Made by a program: the position numbers and the translations under genes. The notes beneath the pieces were generated by a model. That model was given only the letters and a program-made list of their open reading frames with translations. It had not been told where the DNA came from and made no database searches. Source: a virus (taxonomy: Duplodnaviria; Heunggongvirae; Uroviricota; Caudoviricetes). Taken from it: 37,380 nt of DNA. Below are positions 10,795 to 20,077 of this stretch, piece after piece. Each line of letters begins with the position of its first letter. Position 1 is the first letter of the stretch. The stretch lies in IMG/VR virus record IMGVR_UViG_2718218398_000011; one strand, given 5' to 3'.

Positions 10795-11113
10795 GGCAAA
10801 ACGGAATGTGGGAACAGGGGAAAATCAGATACCTGATATGTCAGCTTATTCATCAGGATCTGGCTGGCAAAAATTGCCTGATGGTTCAATTGAACAGTGG
10901 GGAAGAATTAATTTCCCGAATAACGCCGCGGCGGTATCTACAAATGTGACTTTCACCATTCCTTTTACGCAGGAGCCAGACGTAGTGATTGTATATGACG
11001 GCGGTTTTGGTGGTGGGAATATGTGGGGCGCAACTAACTGGACGAAAACAGGTTTCGTTGCTCATTGTAACTATGGCTTTGAAGGTGGAGCCTTCTACGC
11101 GAAAGGGCGTTAA
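10781..11113 (+). CDS. alternative tail-fibre C-terminal exon (silent in this orientation)
   Basis: Open frame runs through the left site with the same GGT TTG GGA GAA (GLGE) codons as gene H at the right site; no independent start expected. Confidence 0.55.
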   Translation, partial: GLGEAAKRNVGTGENQIPDMSAYSSGSGWQKLPDGSIEQWGRINFPNNAAAVSTNVTFTIPFTQEPDVVIVYDGGFGGGNMWGATNWTKTGFVAHCNYGFEGGAFYAKGR

Positions 11114-11115
11114 TT

Positions 11116-11556
11116 ATGAAATATTTGTATGTTGATAATCTGGCGTACCCTTATGCCCTCCAGTCTGTTTACGCTGCAAAAGGCCAATGGCCCGAAGGTA
11201 AAGGCGTGGATATAGACGAAGCTATTTTCAGGGAATATTTCCATGATACGCCGCCTGACGGTAAGTACAGAATTACCGGAGACGATGGAATGCCAGCATG
11301 GGCAGATGTTCCACCGCCAACACGTGAAGAACAAATTGCATCAGCCGAAACTAAAAAGCAGCAATTGATTAATCAGGCCAACGATTATATGAACAGTAGA
11401 CAATGGGCTGGTAAAGCGGCTATTGGTCGTCTGAAAGGTGAGGAACTGGCGCAATATAATTTGTGGCTGGATTATCTGGACGCACTGGAGCTGGTCGATA
11501 CTTCCAGTGCACCAGATATTGAATGGCCTACTCCTCCGGCAGTTCAGGCCAGATGA
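11116..11556 (+). CDS. tail fibre assembly protein (alternative)
   Basis: 146 aa; C-terminus (WLDYLDAL...APDIEWP) resembles the Tfa on the opposite strand. Confidence 0.7.
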   Translation: MKYLYVDNLAYPYALQSVYAAKGQWPEGKGVDIDEAIFREYFHDTPPDGKYRITGDDGMPAWADVPPPTREEQIASAETKKQQLINQANDYMNSRQWAGKAAIGRLKGEELAQYNLWLDYLDALELVDTSSAPDIEWPTPPAVQAR

Positions 11557-12130
11557 CATCCGGCGCGGTGCTGATATCTGTTGCCGTCACCGCGTCAATG
11601 TAATCCAGCACAGCGTTAAGCCGGGTTGTTTCTGCCTGCGTCAGTTTCCGCCCGGCCTGTAATTTCAGTTGAATCAGACTAATGGAAGCCATTGCAGTAT
11701 CAATCAGTGACTGACGCTGTGCTTCTGCCGCGTCTACTGCGGCGCGATGCTGTGCCTCAGTATCGGTCACCCATTTCTCACCATCCCATTTATCGTATGG
11801 CGTTAATGGGGCGATAGTGGTTGTATTTTCGGGGTAATCACCCGGAGTTGTGATTTCTTTGGTGTCTCCCGTTTCGGTGTTATAGACGATTTCACCGCGA
11901 TGGTCTGGCACATATTCCCATGAGTTTAAATCTGCCGAACGGCAGATTGCATAACCAGCCTTATGTATACCAGGTTCATCCAGACAGGAATATGCCGGGA
12001 TACCAACACCAACGGCAAGATATTCATTTGAAGTGGAAATATATTCCCGAGTTTCACCATCATAGCTATAGACGGTAATATTCCCCGCCTTCGTGGCAAT
12101 AAGCTCGCTATTTAATACAGCGTTATCCAT
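11528..12130 (-). CDS. tail fibre assembly protein
   Basis: 200 aa, directly downstream of H; conserved Tfa C-terminus (LDYIDAV...APDVIWP). Confidence 0.8.
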   Translation of the reverse strand: MDNAVLNSELIATKAGNITVYSYDGETREYISTSNEYLAVGVGIPAYSCLDEPGIHKAGYAICRSADLNSWEYVPDHRGEIVYNTETGDTKEITTPGDYPENTTTIAPLTPYDKWDGEKWVTDTEAQHRAAVDAAEAQRQSLIDTAMASISLIQLKLQAGRKLTQAETTRLNAVLDYIDAVTATDISTAPDVIWPELPEE

Positions 12131-13686
12131 TATGCAGCTCTCACAATATAATTAAATGACGTATTACGTGGTCGTACTGATATCCATGCACTATAAAAAC
12201 CGTCTTCTGCTGTTCTCTGCGTTCCCGTAATGGAGTTATCAGACGAAGCTGGAACATAGTTACTGCTGTCGCCAGCTTTAGAATTAGCAGGTATCCCGCT
12301 TGTTTGTACTTTATCGGCGGAAGCAAATGCTATCCCCACCTTGACAGAGGTTGTTGTATCAACCCCGTAATAATCCTGTAACGCTGTACGAATAAAAGTT
12401 GCATCCTGACCACTGAGTAGTGATCGTCCACTGTCTACACCGCGTCCATCATCCCAGCCACGAATAAACTCACCGCGTAAATCAGGCAATTTATTTGTCG
12501 GGTAAGCCTTTGCCAGTTCCGGGTATTCTTCAGCAGAAAAAGCTGCACCATTGCATTTCAACCAGCCTGTCGGTGGTGTAGCTGAAGGCCACGGAACAGG
12601 CACACCAACCGGTAATGCTGAACCTTCTCCCAAACCAAGGTATGCGAGAAGACCAGCAACATCCTTTCCACTCAAATTAGTCAGCGTATTGTCCAGCGGT
12701 TGTTTACCTGCCAGTGCATTAAGCATTGTCGTGGCAAAGTTCGGGTCATTCCCCAGCGCCGCCGCCAGTTCGTTCAGTGTATCCAGTGCCGCAGGTGCAG
12801 AACCCACCATTGCCGCAATCGCCGATTTCACAAATGCCGTGGTGGCAATCTGTGTATTGTTGACCGACTGTGCCGCAGTCGGTGCGGTTGGCGTTCCGGT
12901 GAGTGCCGGACTCGACAGCGGCGCTTTCAGTGCCAGCGCATTGTTAATGGTGGTACTGAATTTCGGATCATTGTTAATGGCTACGGCTATTTCTTTCAGC
13001 GTGTCCAGCGTGGCTGGCGCATCATTAATAAGAGCCGTCAGTGCCGCCTGAACAAATGCGGTGGTCGCAACCTGCGTGGTGTTATTCCCCGTCGCTGGCG
13101 TTGGCGCTTTGGGTGTCCCGGTAAACGTAGGACTTTCTTTGGCTGCATACTGTGAATGCGGGTCCGGTGCGGCAAGATGTTTTGCCATCTGATCATCCGC
13201 GTACACCTTCAGCTCCAGTGCCTTGTCATCCACATACTTGCGGGTTGCCAGCACTACAGCAGGGTCGATTTTCAGGGTGATATTGTCCGTGCTGCTGGTA
13301 ATCAGCACCATGCGCACGGTCTGGGTACGCCCGCTGCCTTCAGCCAGTTGCGGCTTATAGCTTTCCGGGCAGTTGCCCACGGCAATCAATGCCCCTGACT
13401 CATCAAACAGGCCCACTTCACGTATCCACCAACCGCCCTCGTTTTCAGGGATCACCTGTTCAGCAATAATCTGGCTGCTGTTCTGTGGGTCGATATAGAG
13501 CATATTCAGCGCAGCCCGACGTTTCTCATTTACCAGTGCACTCTGCTTTGCGTCCGGCGTCGGCAATGTTCCGCCACCATCGCCCACCGCCATATGGGTA
13601 ATTTTTAGCGGCACACCGAGCGCGGCGGCGCTGGCAAGTTTCGCCGCGCCAATATCCGTCAGCAGGGTATAAAATTTTGTGCTCAT
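12130..13686 (-). CDS. H: tail fibre protein H (constant N-terminus plus currently fused variable C-terminus)
   Basis: 518 aa, P2 gpH-like N-terminus with repeat-rich shaft; the inversion site lies inside the codons for LGLGEG. Confidence 0.9.
   Translation of the reverse strand: MSTKFYTLLTDIGAAKLASAAALGVPLKITHMAVGDGGGTLPTPDAKQSALVNEKRRAALNMLYIDPQNSSQIIAEQVIPENEGGWWIREVGLFDESGALIAVGNCPESYKPQLAEGSGRTQTVRMVLITSSTDNITLKIDPAVVLATRKYVDDKALELKVYADDQMAKHLAAPDPHSQYAAKESPTFTGTPKAPTPATGNNTTQVATTAFVQAALTALINDAPATLDTLKEIAVAINNDPKFSTTINNALALKAPLSSPALTGTPTAPTAAQSVNNTQIATTAFVKSAIAAMVGSAPAALDTLNELAAALGNDPNFATTMLNALAGKQPLDNTLTNLSGKDVAGLLAYLGLGEGSALPVGVPVPWPSATPPTGWLKCNGAAFSAEEYPELAKAYPTNKLPDLRGEFIRGWDDGRGVDSGRSLLSGQDATFIRTALQDYYGVDTTTSVKVGIAFASADKVQTSGIPANSKAGDSSNYVPASSDNSITGTQRTAEDGFYSAWISVRPRNTSFNYIVRAA
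12623..12650. repeat. inversion site, right (gix/hix-like), inside gene H
   Basis: TTCTCCCAAACC-AA-GGTATGCGAGAA; the inner half is the reverse complement of the left site's inner half. Confidence 0.6.
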
Positions 13687-14288
13687 GGATTCACTCTCAT
13701 TGTGTCAATAACATGGACCGCCCCGCCTTCATGCGCGGTGCCGCCAGAAATAATTGTTTCGTTGATATACGGATAGATCGTGATTTCTTCGCCAAGATAG
13801 CTGGCGGCTCCCACCCAATGCGGGCCGCTGGTCTGCAGATTGATGGACATGCCGATCATGTGGCGGCTACATGGTTTGGCATCGCTTATCAGTCGCTCAA
13901 GTTCCAGATAGGTATCTTCAGTGATGCCCTGGTCCTGCACGCCGATATCCAGGCGAAACGTGCCCGGAGCCTCTCCGGTCTGCCACCACTCAATAATGCG
14001 GATCAGGAATCCGAACGGTTCCACCACCCGCCGCACGGCACTGGTGGTTCCTTTATGCTGATGAATATAAAAAGCATCCTTCACTACCTGGCGTTTGACG
14101 CTTTCTGTCCAGCCCTCGTCCCAGCGATCCACAGAGAACGCCCAGGCGAGATAAGGCAGGAAGCTGACCGGACAGGTAGCCGGATTCCACAAGTCACGCA
14201 GCGGCACCTGCAGATCAGAAATCCCGCTACAGGTTTGCGCCAGTCGGCGCTCCAGTGAAGTTGAACCCGGTGGCAGCAGACTATTCAT
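13683..14288 (-). CDS. I: baseplate protein I
   Basis: 201 aa, P2 gpI-like (WNPATCP...LAWAFSVDRW). Confidence 0.85.
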   Translation of the reverse strand: MNSLLPPGSTSLERRLAQTCSGISDLQVPLRDLWNPATCPVSFLPYLAWAFSVDRWDEGWTESVKRQVVKDAFYIHQHKGTTSAVRRVVEPFGFLIRIIEWWQTGEAPGTFRLDIGVQDQGITEDTYLELERLISDAKPCSRHMIGMSINLQTSGPHWVGAASYLGEEITIYPYINETIISGGTAHEGGAVHVIDTMRVNP

Positions 14289-15189
14289 CCGTTCCTCCGT
14301 TGGTTACGCTCCACTGCGTACATGATGCCGCCTGTGTTTTGTTCAGGACCACATCCGCCAGAGGAGAAGCCAGCTCCACACGCTGCACACCCTCAACATG
14401 CAGGGCGGCAAAGATGGCGCTACGGCGAATATCCCGACCAAGACGCGTCTGACTGGCGATGTACTTCTGCAGGCTGGCTTTTGCCGCTGCCATTACCGGC
14501 TCTGCTTCCGGTCCCGGATAGAGAAAAATGGTGGCTTCCACGCGATACGGGATGATTTCTGCGCTGCGAACCGTCAGACGGTCAGCCACCGGGCGGACGT
14601 TCTCACTGTTCAGAGCTTTTTCCACCACGTCCAGCAGGTCTTTTTCTGCAGTTCCATCGCCTTCGCGGCTAAGGACAGTCAGCACCACCTCTGCAGGTGC
14701 CGGGCTGGTTGCACTGGCATCCGCCACCCTACCGTCGGCGCTTCGGGCATGAAATTCATAAGCTGCAGTTGGCCCCGCAACAGAAAGCCCTTCAAAGGCT
14801 GCAGGCACACGCAGGCGTAACGCTTCATCGCTTTCCATCACAGCTGCAACGGGCGGCACAGCATCATTATCAGCAGGCGTCACCGTCAGGCGTGTCACGT
14901 TGTAGTTGGCAGCGAGCTGGTCAAGATCGCCGCCCATCGCGTAAGCCACCATCACCGCCTGCGCGGCTTCGTTAATGCGCTGGCGCAGAAGCAACTCACG
15001 GTAAGCGTTCTCCTGCAACAATTTAGTGACGGGTTCAGATTCCAGTTCCAGCGTGCGGATCACGGCTTCCTGCTCATCTTTCGGATGAAGCGCCACAAAT
15101 TCTGCCTTGCGTTCGGCAAGCAGCGTCTCAAAGTCCGGCACATCCACAATCTGCGGTGCAGGCAACTGCGAAAGGTCAATCATTGCCAT
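14281..15189 (-). CDS. J: baseplate assembly protein J
   Basis: P2 gpJ-like; start placed at MAMIDLSQLP by comparison with the P2 J N-terminus. The track ORF starts at 15228. Confidence 0.85.
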   Translation of the reverse strand: MAMIDLSQLPAPQIVDVPDFETLLAERKAEFVALHPKDEQEAVIRTLELESEPVTKLLQENAYRELLLRQRINEAAQAVMVAYAMGGDLDQLAANYNVTRLTVTPADNDAVPPVAAVMESDEALRLRVPAAFEGLSVAGPTAAYEFHARSADGRVADASATSPAPAEVVLTVLSREGDGTAEKDLLDVVEKALNSENVRPVADRLTVRSAEIIPYRVEATIFLYPGPEAEPVMAAAKASLQKYIASQTRLGRDIRRSAIFAALHVEGVQRVELASPLADVVLNKTQAASCTQWSVTNGGTDE

Positions 15190-15535
15190 TCTCTGCTCCT
15201 GTTGATACGGAAAGGGACACAGGCACACCGTTATTCCGCCGCCCGGTCAGCTCCACCACCATAGAACCGTCAAAGTTGCTGTTGATGGTGATGGAATCCA
15301 GCGTCAGTCGTGGCTCCCAGCGACTCAGCGCCACATACACTGCCGACATGACCTGCAGGCGTAATGCCGGATTTTGTGGCTGGTCTATCAGTGCCGACAG
15401 CAGGGAACCATATTCCCGACGGGCAATGCGGCTACCCTGCGGCGTCAACAAAATGTCCCGCACCGACTGGCGCAGATGGTCAATATCAGTAATGGCTTTA
15501 CCGCTGGTATTGTTCATCCCGCTATAAAGCGTCAT
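15176..15535 (-). CDS. W: baseplate protein W (gp25/GPW family)
   Basis: 119 aa, P2 gpW-like. Confidence 0.85.
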   Translation of the reverse strand: MTLYSGMNNTSGKAITDIDHLRQSVRDILLTPQGSRIARREYGSLLSALIDQPQNPALRLQVMSAVYVALSRWEPRLTLDSITINSNFDGSMVVELTGRRNNGVPVSLSVSTGAENGND

Positions 15536-16110
15536 ACCGGGCCTCCGGTTGTGTCGCCGCCTTTCAGGACGCCAGTATGCTGATGTGCATCAACCACAAT
15601 CCCGTTAGAACTCATCACTCCGCCGCCCTGGGTAACGCCACCATTGATCACCACTTCGCTGTTAATGCGCGTGTGGTCAGCCTCCAGTACAAACTCACTG
15701 GTTTTCATGGTGATGTTGTCAGCGGCCTCAATGACCATTGATTTGATGCCCCTTACATACCAACGCCCGGTGGCAGGTTCGTATTCAAACCAGCCACCGT
15801 CAGGATGTTCTGTCACGCAGGCGTCTGCCGACGTCGACGGTGGCGCGAACTGATTCGAATAGATGGCGGGCAGCGCAAAGGCTGTTTCCAGATTGCCGCC
15901 CAGACTCAGTAGCACCACCTGCTCACCTTCCGATGGTCGCCACCATGTCCGGGCATTACCCGCGCGCAGCGTCAGCCAGTTAATCCAGTTGGTTTCAAGG
16001 TCGCCCGTTTTCACCCGGCAAAGCCAGTTTTCCCTGTCCACTTCGGTGACTACCCCTGTGCGGATCAGGTTGGTGATAAGGCGCATGATTTCGGTTAATT
16101 GTGCGTTCAT
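15532..16110 (-). CDS. V: baseplate spike/assembly protein V
   Basis: 192 aa, P2 gpV-like. Confidence 0.85.
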   Translation of the reverse strand: MNAQLTEIMRLITNLIRTGVVTEVDRENWLCRVKTGDLETNWINWLTLRAGNARTWWRPSEGEQVVLLSLGGNLETAFALPAIYSNQFAPPSTSADACVTEHPDGGWFEYEPATGRWYVRGIKSMVIEAADNITMKTSEFVLEADHTRINSEVVINGGVTQGGGVMSSNGIVVDAHQHTGVLKGGDTTGGPV

Positions 16111-16156
16111 AGGGAAAGGTTGCCATCAGGGGAAGAAAGGCGGCAGTGCTGCAACT

Positions 16157-16174
16157 TGTATCAGTGCTGATACA
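16157..16174. promoter_or_regulatory. candidate Ogr-dependent late promoter element (PV-like)
   Basis: Near-perfect dyad TTGTATCAG-TG-CTGATACAA (TGT-N12-ACA) between the S stop and the V start. Confidence 0.45.
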
Positions 16175-16178
16175 AAGA

Positions 16179-16625
16179 TCACCCCGCCAGCCATTGCAGA
16201 ATCATGTCGCGGGTCATTGCCTCAACATCATCATTTACACCCAGAAGGCGACGCTCTGCGTAACGAACCTCCGGTCCCTTACGACTGACGCGATCTCGCA
16301 GGCCGTAATGGTGAACGCGGGCAATGCGCTGCACCTTGCCTTCAAACTGCACGCTGGCAGAGTCGGTGCTGGCGGCAGTTTTCAGGTATTTTGTGGTGCG
16401 CAGCTTTGCAAACATCTGACGTTTGATACGGCCTTTTTTACTGCGTGCTGTTACCCGTCGCGGTTCATAGCCGCTGCCGTCAGGGTTGCGCTGCATCCTG
16501 ATATTCTGCTGCTGTGTCCGGCGAAGTTCCTGCGCCAGCTGGCGCATCATGCGGCTTCTCGAGGCTGGTTCCAGATTCGCCAGCAAGGCACTCAGCCAGT
16601 CGTCCACCTTCTGCAGTTCAGCCAC
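16179..16625 (-). CDS. S: tail completion protein S
   Basis: 148 aa, P2 gpS-like. Confidence 0.8.
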   Translation of the reverse strand: MAELQKVDDWLSALLANLEPASRSRMMRQLAQELRRTQQQNIRMQRNPDGSGYEPRRVTARSKKGRIKRQMFAKLRTTKYLKTAASTDSASVQFEGKVQRIARVHHYGLRDRVSRKGPEVRYAERRLLGVNDDVEAMTRDMILQWLAG

Positions 16626-17070
16626 GTTTCACCGTCCACATTTCTTCAGGTGCATCAGGTTCCGCTATAGCTTCAACGCTCGACACACTGCCGTCAGTGC
16701 TGACCAGCACACGTTCCGTCAGTTGCAGGTTCAGGCTGATATCACAGACATCGTTGCGCAGAATATCCACCTCAAAGGTGAATAGCTTTTCCCGTAACGC
16801 CGGGTTATTGATGGCATCGGGCTGGTTATCCCTCAGCCACAGCAAAACCGGGGCCATCAGCAGATTCTGGTCGCCGCTGAAATCCTCAATCACCGCGTTC
16901 AGTGTGTAACGGTACTCCCACGACATGGAGCTGGCCCCCGTGGCAACCAGCGAACCGTTATCCACAAACAGATGCAGTTTGTCCGGGTTATTGCGGACAT
17001 AAGGCACCGCTTTATTGAGGGCGTGGCGCAGGGATTGTGGTTTGTTCACTGTTTCGCTCCTGACACGCAA
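16618..17070 (-). CDS. R: tail completion protein R
   Basis: 150 aa, P2 gpR-like. Confidence 0.8.
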   Translation of the reverse strand: MRVRSETVNKPQSLRHALNKAVPYVRNNPDKLHLFVDNGSLVATGASSMSWEYRYTLNAVIEDFSGDQNLLMAPVLLWLRDNQPDAINNPALREKLFTFEVDILRNDVCDISLNLQLTERVLVSTDGSVSSVEAIAEPDAPEEMWTVKRG

Positions 17071-17302
17071 TAATCATGTCCACTTTGTCTGCACAGACCG
17101 CCCAGGCGGCCTCCGTTTCATCCAGCAACGCGTTCAGATCACCGTTAGTGCGCGGCGTTGCCTGATCCAGCCGACACGGCGTCACTCGCGGACAACCACT
17201 GACGGTAAGCCATACCTCCGGTGAGTGCCGGACGTTTCCGCAGCCGGATAATGTCAGCAGGCAAAGGAGTATCAGCCCAGCGGCGTAAATCCTCGTTCTC
17301 AC
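17012..17302 (-). CDS. lysC: o-spanin (LysC/Rz1-like outer-membrane lipoprotein)
   Basis: Signal peptide with lipobox LTLSGC; begins inside the lysB frame and extends beyond it (overlapped spanin architecture). Confidence 0.7.
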   Translation of the reverse strand: MRTRIYAAGLILLCLLTLSGCGNVRHSPEVWLTVSGCPRVTPCRLDQATPRTNGDLNALLDETEAAWAVCADKVDMIIACQERNSEQTTIPAPRPQ

Positions 17303-17573
17303 GTTTCAGTTCCTCGATCCGGTGTTGTCGTTGTCTCAGCAGCGTGCTGGTCTGTTCTGCTTCGGCATAGAGCCGCGCCTGCTCCCGGTTATTGGTTTCA
17401 GTCAGAATGGACAGGCTGATAAGCTGGCTATTGCTCTTTGCCAGTGCCTGGCTTTTGCTCTGCAGCTCGTCTGCCTGCGTGCTGATGGTCTGGCTGGCAT
17501 CAGCCAGCCGCCACGTCTGCCAGCCCAGCGCCGCCAGTAATAACGTCAGCACAACCAGCAGCAACCGGTTCAT
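17145..17573 (-). CDS. lysB: i-spanin (LysB/Rz-like)
   Basis: N-terminal transmembrane helix then coiled-coil; 142 aa; position as P2 lysB. Confidence 0.75.
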   Translation of the reverse strand: MNRLLLVVLTLLLAALGWQTWRLADASQTISTQADELQSKSQALAKSNSQLISLSILTETNNREQARLYAEAEQTSTLLRQRQHRIEELKRENEDLRRWADTPLPADIIRLRKRPALTGGMAYRQWLSASDAVSAGSGNAAH

Positions 17574-17947
17574 GCTGCTACCTGTTGCGCCATCTGATTA
17601 CGGGTGATCCAGAAGGCAATAACGGTCAGTAGATAAAAGACCAGGGTAATAGCCCACCCCGTCCAGGCGAGACTTACAACAATCAGCAATCGCATCACCC
17701 AACTGGTAAATACGTTTTCTTTTCGGGTAATTGTCTTCAGCAAAGATGCCCTTAACTCCTGCCAGAGCGGGCCATTCTTAATTAACGCAGCCAGTGCTAC
17801 CGGAATTACCGCCCATGTCAGCAAACAGGCTACCCAAACGCCGGACGCTGCCAGTACCGGAAAAATCCCCTGCGGATACACCATTGCTGCGATTAACAGC
17901 GCCATCCATAACATCAGAAACAGTCCGCTGATTAATTTCTTTTTCAT
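17570..17947 (-). CDS. lysA: LysA-like membrane protein (lysis timing)
   Basis: Multi-TM protein from MKKKLISG; position as P2 lysA. The track ORF extends to 18019, but the upstream part overlaps the endolysin. Confidence 0.55.
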   Translation of the reverse strand: MKKKLISGLFLMLWMALLIAAMVYPQGIFPVLAASGVWVACLLTWAVIPVALAALIKNGPLWQELRASLLKTITRKENVFTSWVMRLLIVVSLAWTGWAITLVFYLLTVIAFWITRNQMAQQVAA

Positions 17948-17948
17948 T

Positions 17949-18461
17949 TCAGTTTGCTCCCTGTAAACACCAGGCCATCTCCCGCGCACGGCGGTTATCC
18001 AGCCCCTGATTAAAAACACCTTTCACATAAACCCAGCGCGGCAACTGTCGGCATGCATCCGCCCAGCGCCGCTGATTGAGCAATTTCACCAGCGTGGAAC
18101 TACAGGCATTGCCCGTCCCCACGTTGAAGGCAAACGACACCGTAGCGTCATACACCTTCTGCGGCGGCTGTTGCTTCACACACCTTTCCATCGCCCGCTC
18201 CACTCGTAGCACGTTGGAGATCAGCCCTTCAGCTGCCTGTCGTTCCGTAATGGTTTTGCCGGGAATGACGCCTGACGTGTTACCAATGCCGTCGGTCCAG
18301 ACGCCCGCGCTGCACTGATACGGCTGCAGACGACAGCCTTCGTAATCTGCAATCAGTTTCAGCCCCTCCACGGAGGTGTGAAGCTGCTGAAAACCCGGCA
18401 GCGTGGCAGCAATAGCCAGCACGGCCCCGACAAGGCAGCGTTTAACGATTGATGGATTCAT
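17949..18461 (-). CDS. SAR endolysin (T4-lysozyme fold, P1 Lyz-like)
   Basis: N-terminal hydrophobic signal-anchor-release segment, then EG...D...T lysozyme motifs (LIADYEGCRLQPYQCSAGVWTDGIGNT), close to P1 Lyz. Confidence 0.85.
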   Translation of the reverse strand: MNPSIVKRCLVGAVLAIAATLPGFQQLHTSVEGLKLIADYEGCRLQPYQCSAGVWTDGIGNTSGVIPGKTITERQAAEGLISNVLRVERAMERCVKQQPPQKVYDATVSFAFNVGTGNACSSTLVKLLNQRRWADACRQLPRWVYVKGVFNQGLDNRRAREMAWCLQGAN

Positions 18462-18657
18462 AGTCCTCCCGCGAGATCTGCCCGTCGCGCAGAAGCTGGT
18501 AGGCTTTGTGTTTGTAGTACCAGTTGATAGCCAGCATCAGCACACCAATCATCAGGCCGCCCAGCGTTGAGGCATCCTTGATGGACAAATCGCCCAGCCA
18601 GGCCAGCACAACGGCGATGCAGTACGTGATAAAGGCGCTGATTCGCTCAAGCGTCAT
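18442..18657 (-). CDS. holin (small two-TM, probable pinholin)
   Basis: 71 aa, two hydrophobic helices and a charged C-terminus; directly upstream of, and overlapping, the endolysin. Confidence 0.7.
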   Translation of the reverse strand: MTLERISAFITYCIAVVLAWLGDLSIKDASTLGGLMIGVLMLAINWYYKHKAYQLLRDGQISREDYESINR

Positions 18658-18660
18658 AAT

Positions 18661-18864
18661 TCAGTCCCATAGCTGGACGGTCTGCACGGTGGTGGTGGTC
18701 GGAATGTCCGGCAGCTCCACCTGCAGCCCGTGAGGTAAAAAGGGGCCATATTCGGCAAGCCCCGGATTTGCCTTCAGTACCTGCTCCGTGACACCCTGCG
18801 TGCGCCCGTAATGACGCCAGCAAAGCGCGTCCACCGTGTCATACTGATGCGCACGCACTTTCAT
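18661..18864 (-). CDS. X: tail protein X
   Basis: 67 aa, P2 gpX-like. Confidence 0.8.
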   Translation of the reverse strand: MKVRAHQYDTVDALCWRHYGRTQGVTEQVLKANPGLAEYGPFLPHGLQVELPDIPTTTTVQTVQLWD

Positions 18865-19391
18865 CAGATAAGCTCCACTGTGCAGTGCGGCGCATCCTGC
18901 ACCCGGCTGATGGCCCAGCGGGCGTCACGCCACAAATCACCGCTGGATTCCGCCAGTTCCTCGCCTCGCTTCACACCGGATGCCGTGGCGTCATAGTCCT
19001 GGTATCGTTCGTTGAGCATGGCGCGTGCCCAGCAGTAAACCGCGTTGAAATAGTGCTGGATGCGCTCACTTTTGCCGTCCAGCTGTTCCGCCGGAACCTC
19101 AGCCAGCGACGCATACCCCAGCATCTGCTGACGTCTGCGAAACTCATACAGCTCTGCGTTGACCTCCGAAATTGCCGACAGCGCAACCTGCTTTAAACGC
19201 GGCTGCGTCACCGTGCCGTCAGTGCGCATGACACTGCGAAACTCCGACAGGTCCACATCAGGCCAGAACGGCGTATTCCTGATGATTTCCGCCTGTTCCG
19301 GTGCCTGTTCTGGCGCAACAAACTTCATGCTGCTTTCTCCTGAAATAGAGGGCGGTGGACGGGGTTTTGATGTGGCAGTGCCTTTCGCCAC
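18864..19391 (-). CDS. L: head completion/stabilisation protein L
   Basis: 175 aa, P2 gpL-like. Confidence 0.85.
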   Translation of the reverse strand: MAKGTATSKPRPPPSISGESSMKFVAPEQAPEQAEIIRNTPFWPDVDLSEFRSVMRTDGTVTQPRLKQVALSAISEVNAELYEFRRRQQMLGYASLAEVPAEQLDGKSERIQHYFNAVYCWARAMLNERYQDYDATASGVKRGEELAESSGDLWRDARWAISRVQDAPHCTVELI

Positions 19392-19423
19392 CCCGTGCCG
19401 CCCGTGCGCGGGGGCACGTTCTG

Positions 19424-20074
19424 TCAGCGGCTGTCATTGCGCAGTCTGCGCTCCAGCTGCTGTTTGTCTTTTTTCACGCCACAGCGGGGATCGAGCTGTA
19501 ACGCATGGTTGAGATGATTAAGGGCGGACGCCGGATTGTTTTCACTCAGGACAGCGCCAATCGCTTTATGCAGACGCGCCCGTGACTGGTCCGGCATATC
19601 CATACCGTCTGTCAGCTCCAGCGTCTGCAGCAACAGATCGGCATCAAAGCCGGTGGCGGCAAGCATTGCGCTCTGGGCTGCATCTGCCATTTCCTCTGCC
19701 AGCACGGTCTGCACGTTGCGGTTACCCAGCGGCATCACCCAGCCATGACGCAGGGCATGACGCCCGATCTCCAGCGCCCCGGCATAATCTCCGGCATCAA
19801 TGCGCCACAGCATCACGTACATCAGCACGTCATCCTGTTGAGCGCCTCCGGCAGCCAGGACACCCTCTGCCCAGGCGGCGTACTTCGGCAGCAGCTCCAC
19901 CTTGATTTCCGCTTTTTTGACCGTGGACTGAACGCCCTTGAGACGGCGGCGGTCTTCCGCCAGTTGCAGCAGCATCAGGTCATAGCCCGACGCGTGGCGA
20001 ACACTGCCGCCCTCGCGGGCGGCCTGTTCAGCCTGAACGCGCAGGCGATGCTGCCGTGCGGGACTCAGGCTCAT
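19424..20074 (-). CDS. M: terminase endonuclease (small) subunit M
   Basis: 216 aa, P2 gpM-like. Confidence 0.85.
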   Translation of the reverse strand: MSLSPARQHRLRVQAEQAAREGGSVRHASGYDLMLLQLAEDRRRLKGVQSTVKKAEIKVELLPKYAAWAEGVLAAGGAQQDDVLMYVMLWRIDAGDYAGALEIGRHALRHGWVMPLGNRNVQTVLAEEMADAAQSAMLAATGFDADLLLQTLELTDGMDMPDQSRARLHKAIGAVLSENNPASALNHLNHALQLDPRCGVKKDKQQLERRLRNDSR

Positions 20075-20077
20075 GGT

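Larger units (their letters stand above)
10781..12638. other. invertible tail-fibre segment (G-segment-like, about 1.86 kb)
   Basis: Bounded by the two inverted sites; contains two convergent sets of tail-fibre C-terminus plus tail-fibre assembly gene. Confidence 0.6.

Noticed and set aside
12551-13398. Plus-strand ORFs of 166, 151 and 80 aa
   Set aside because: Antisense to tail-fibre gene H; Cys/Arg-rich low-complexity translation.
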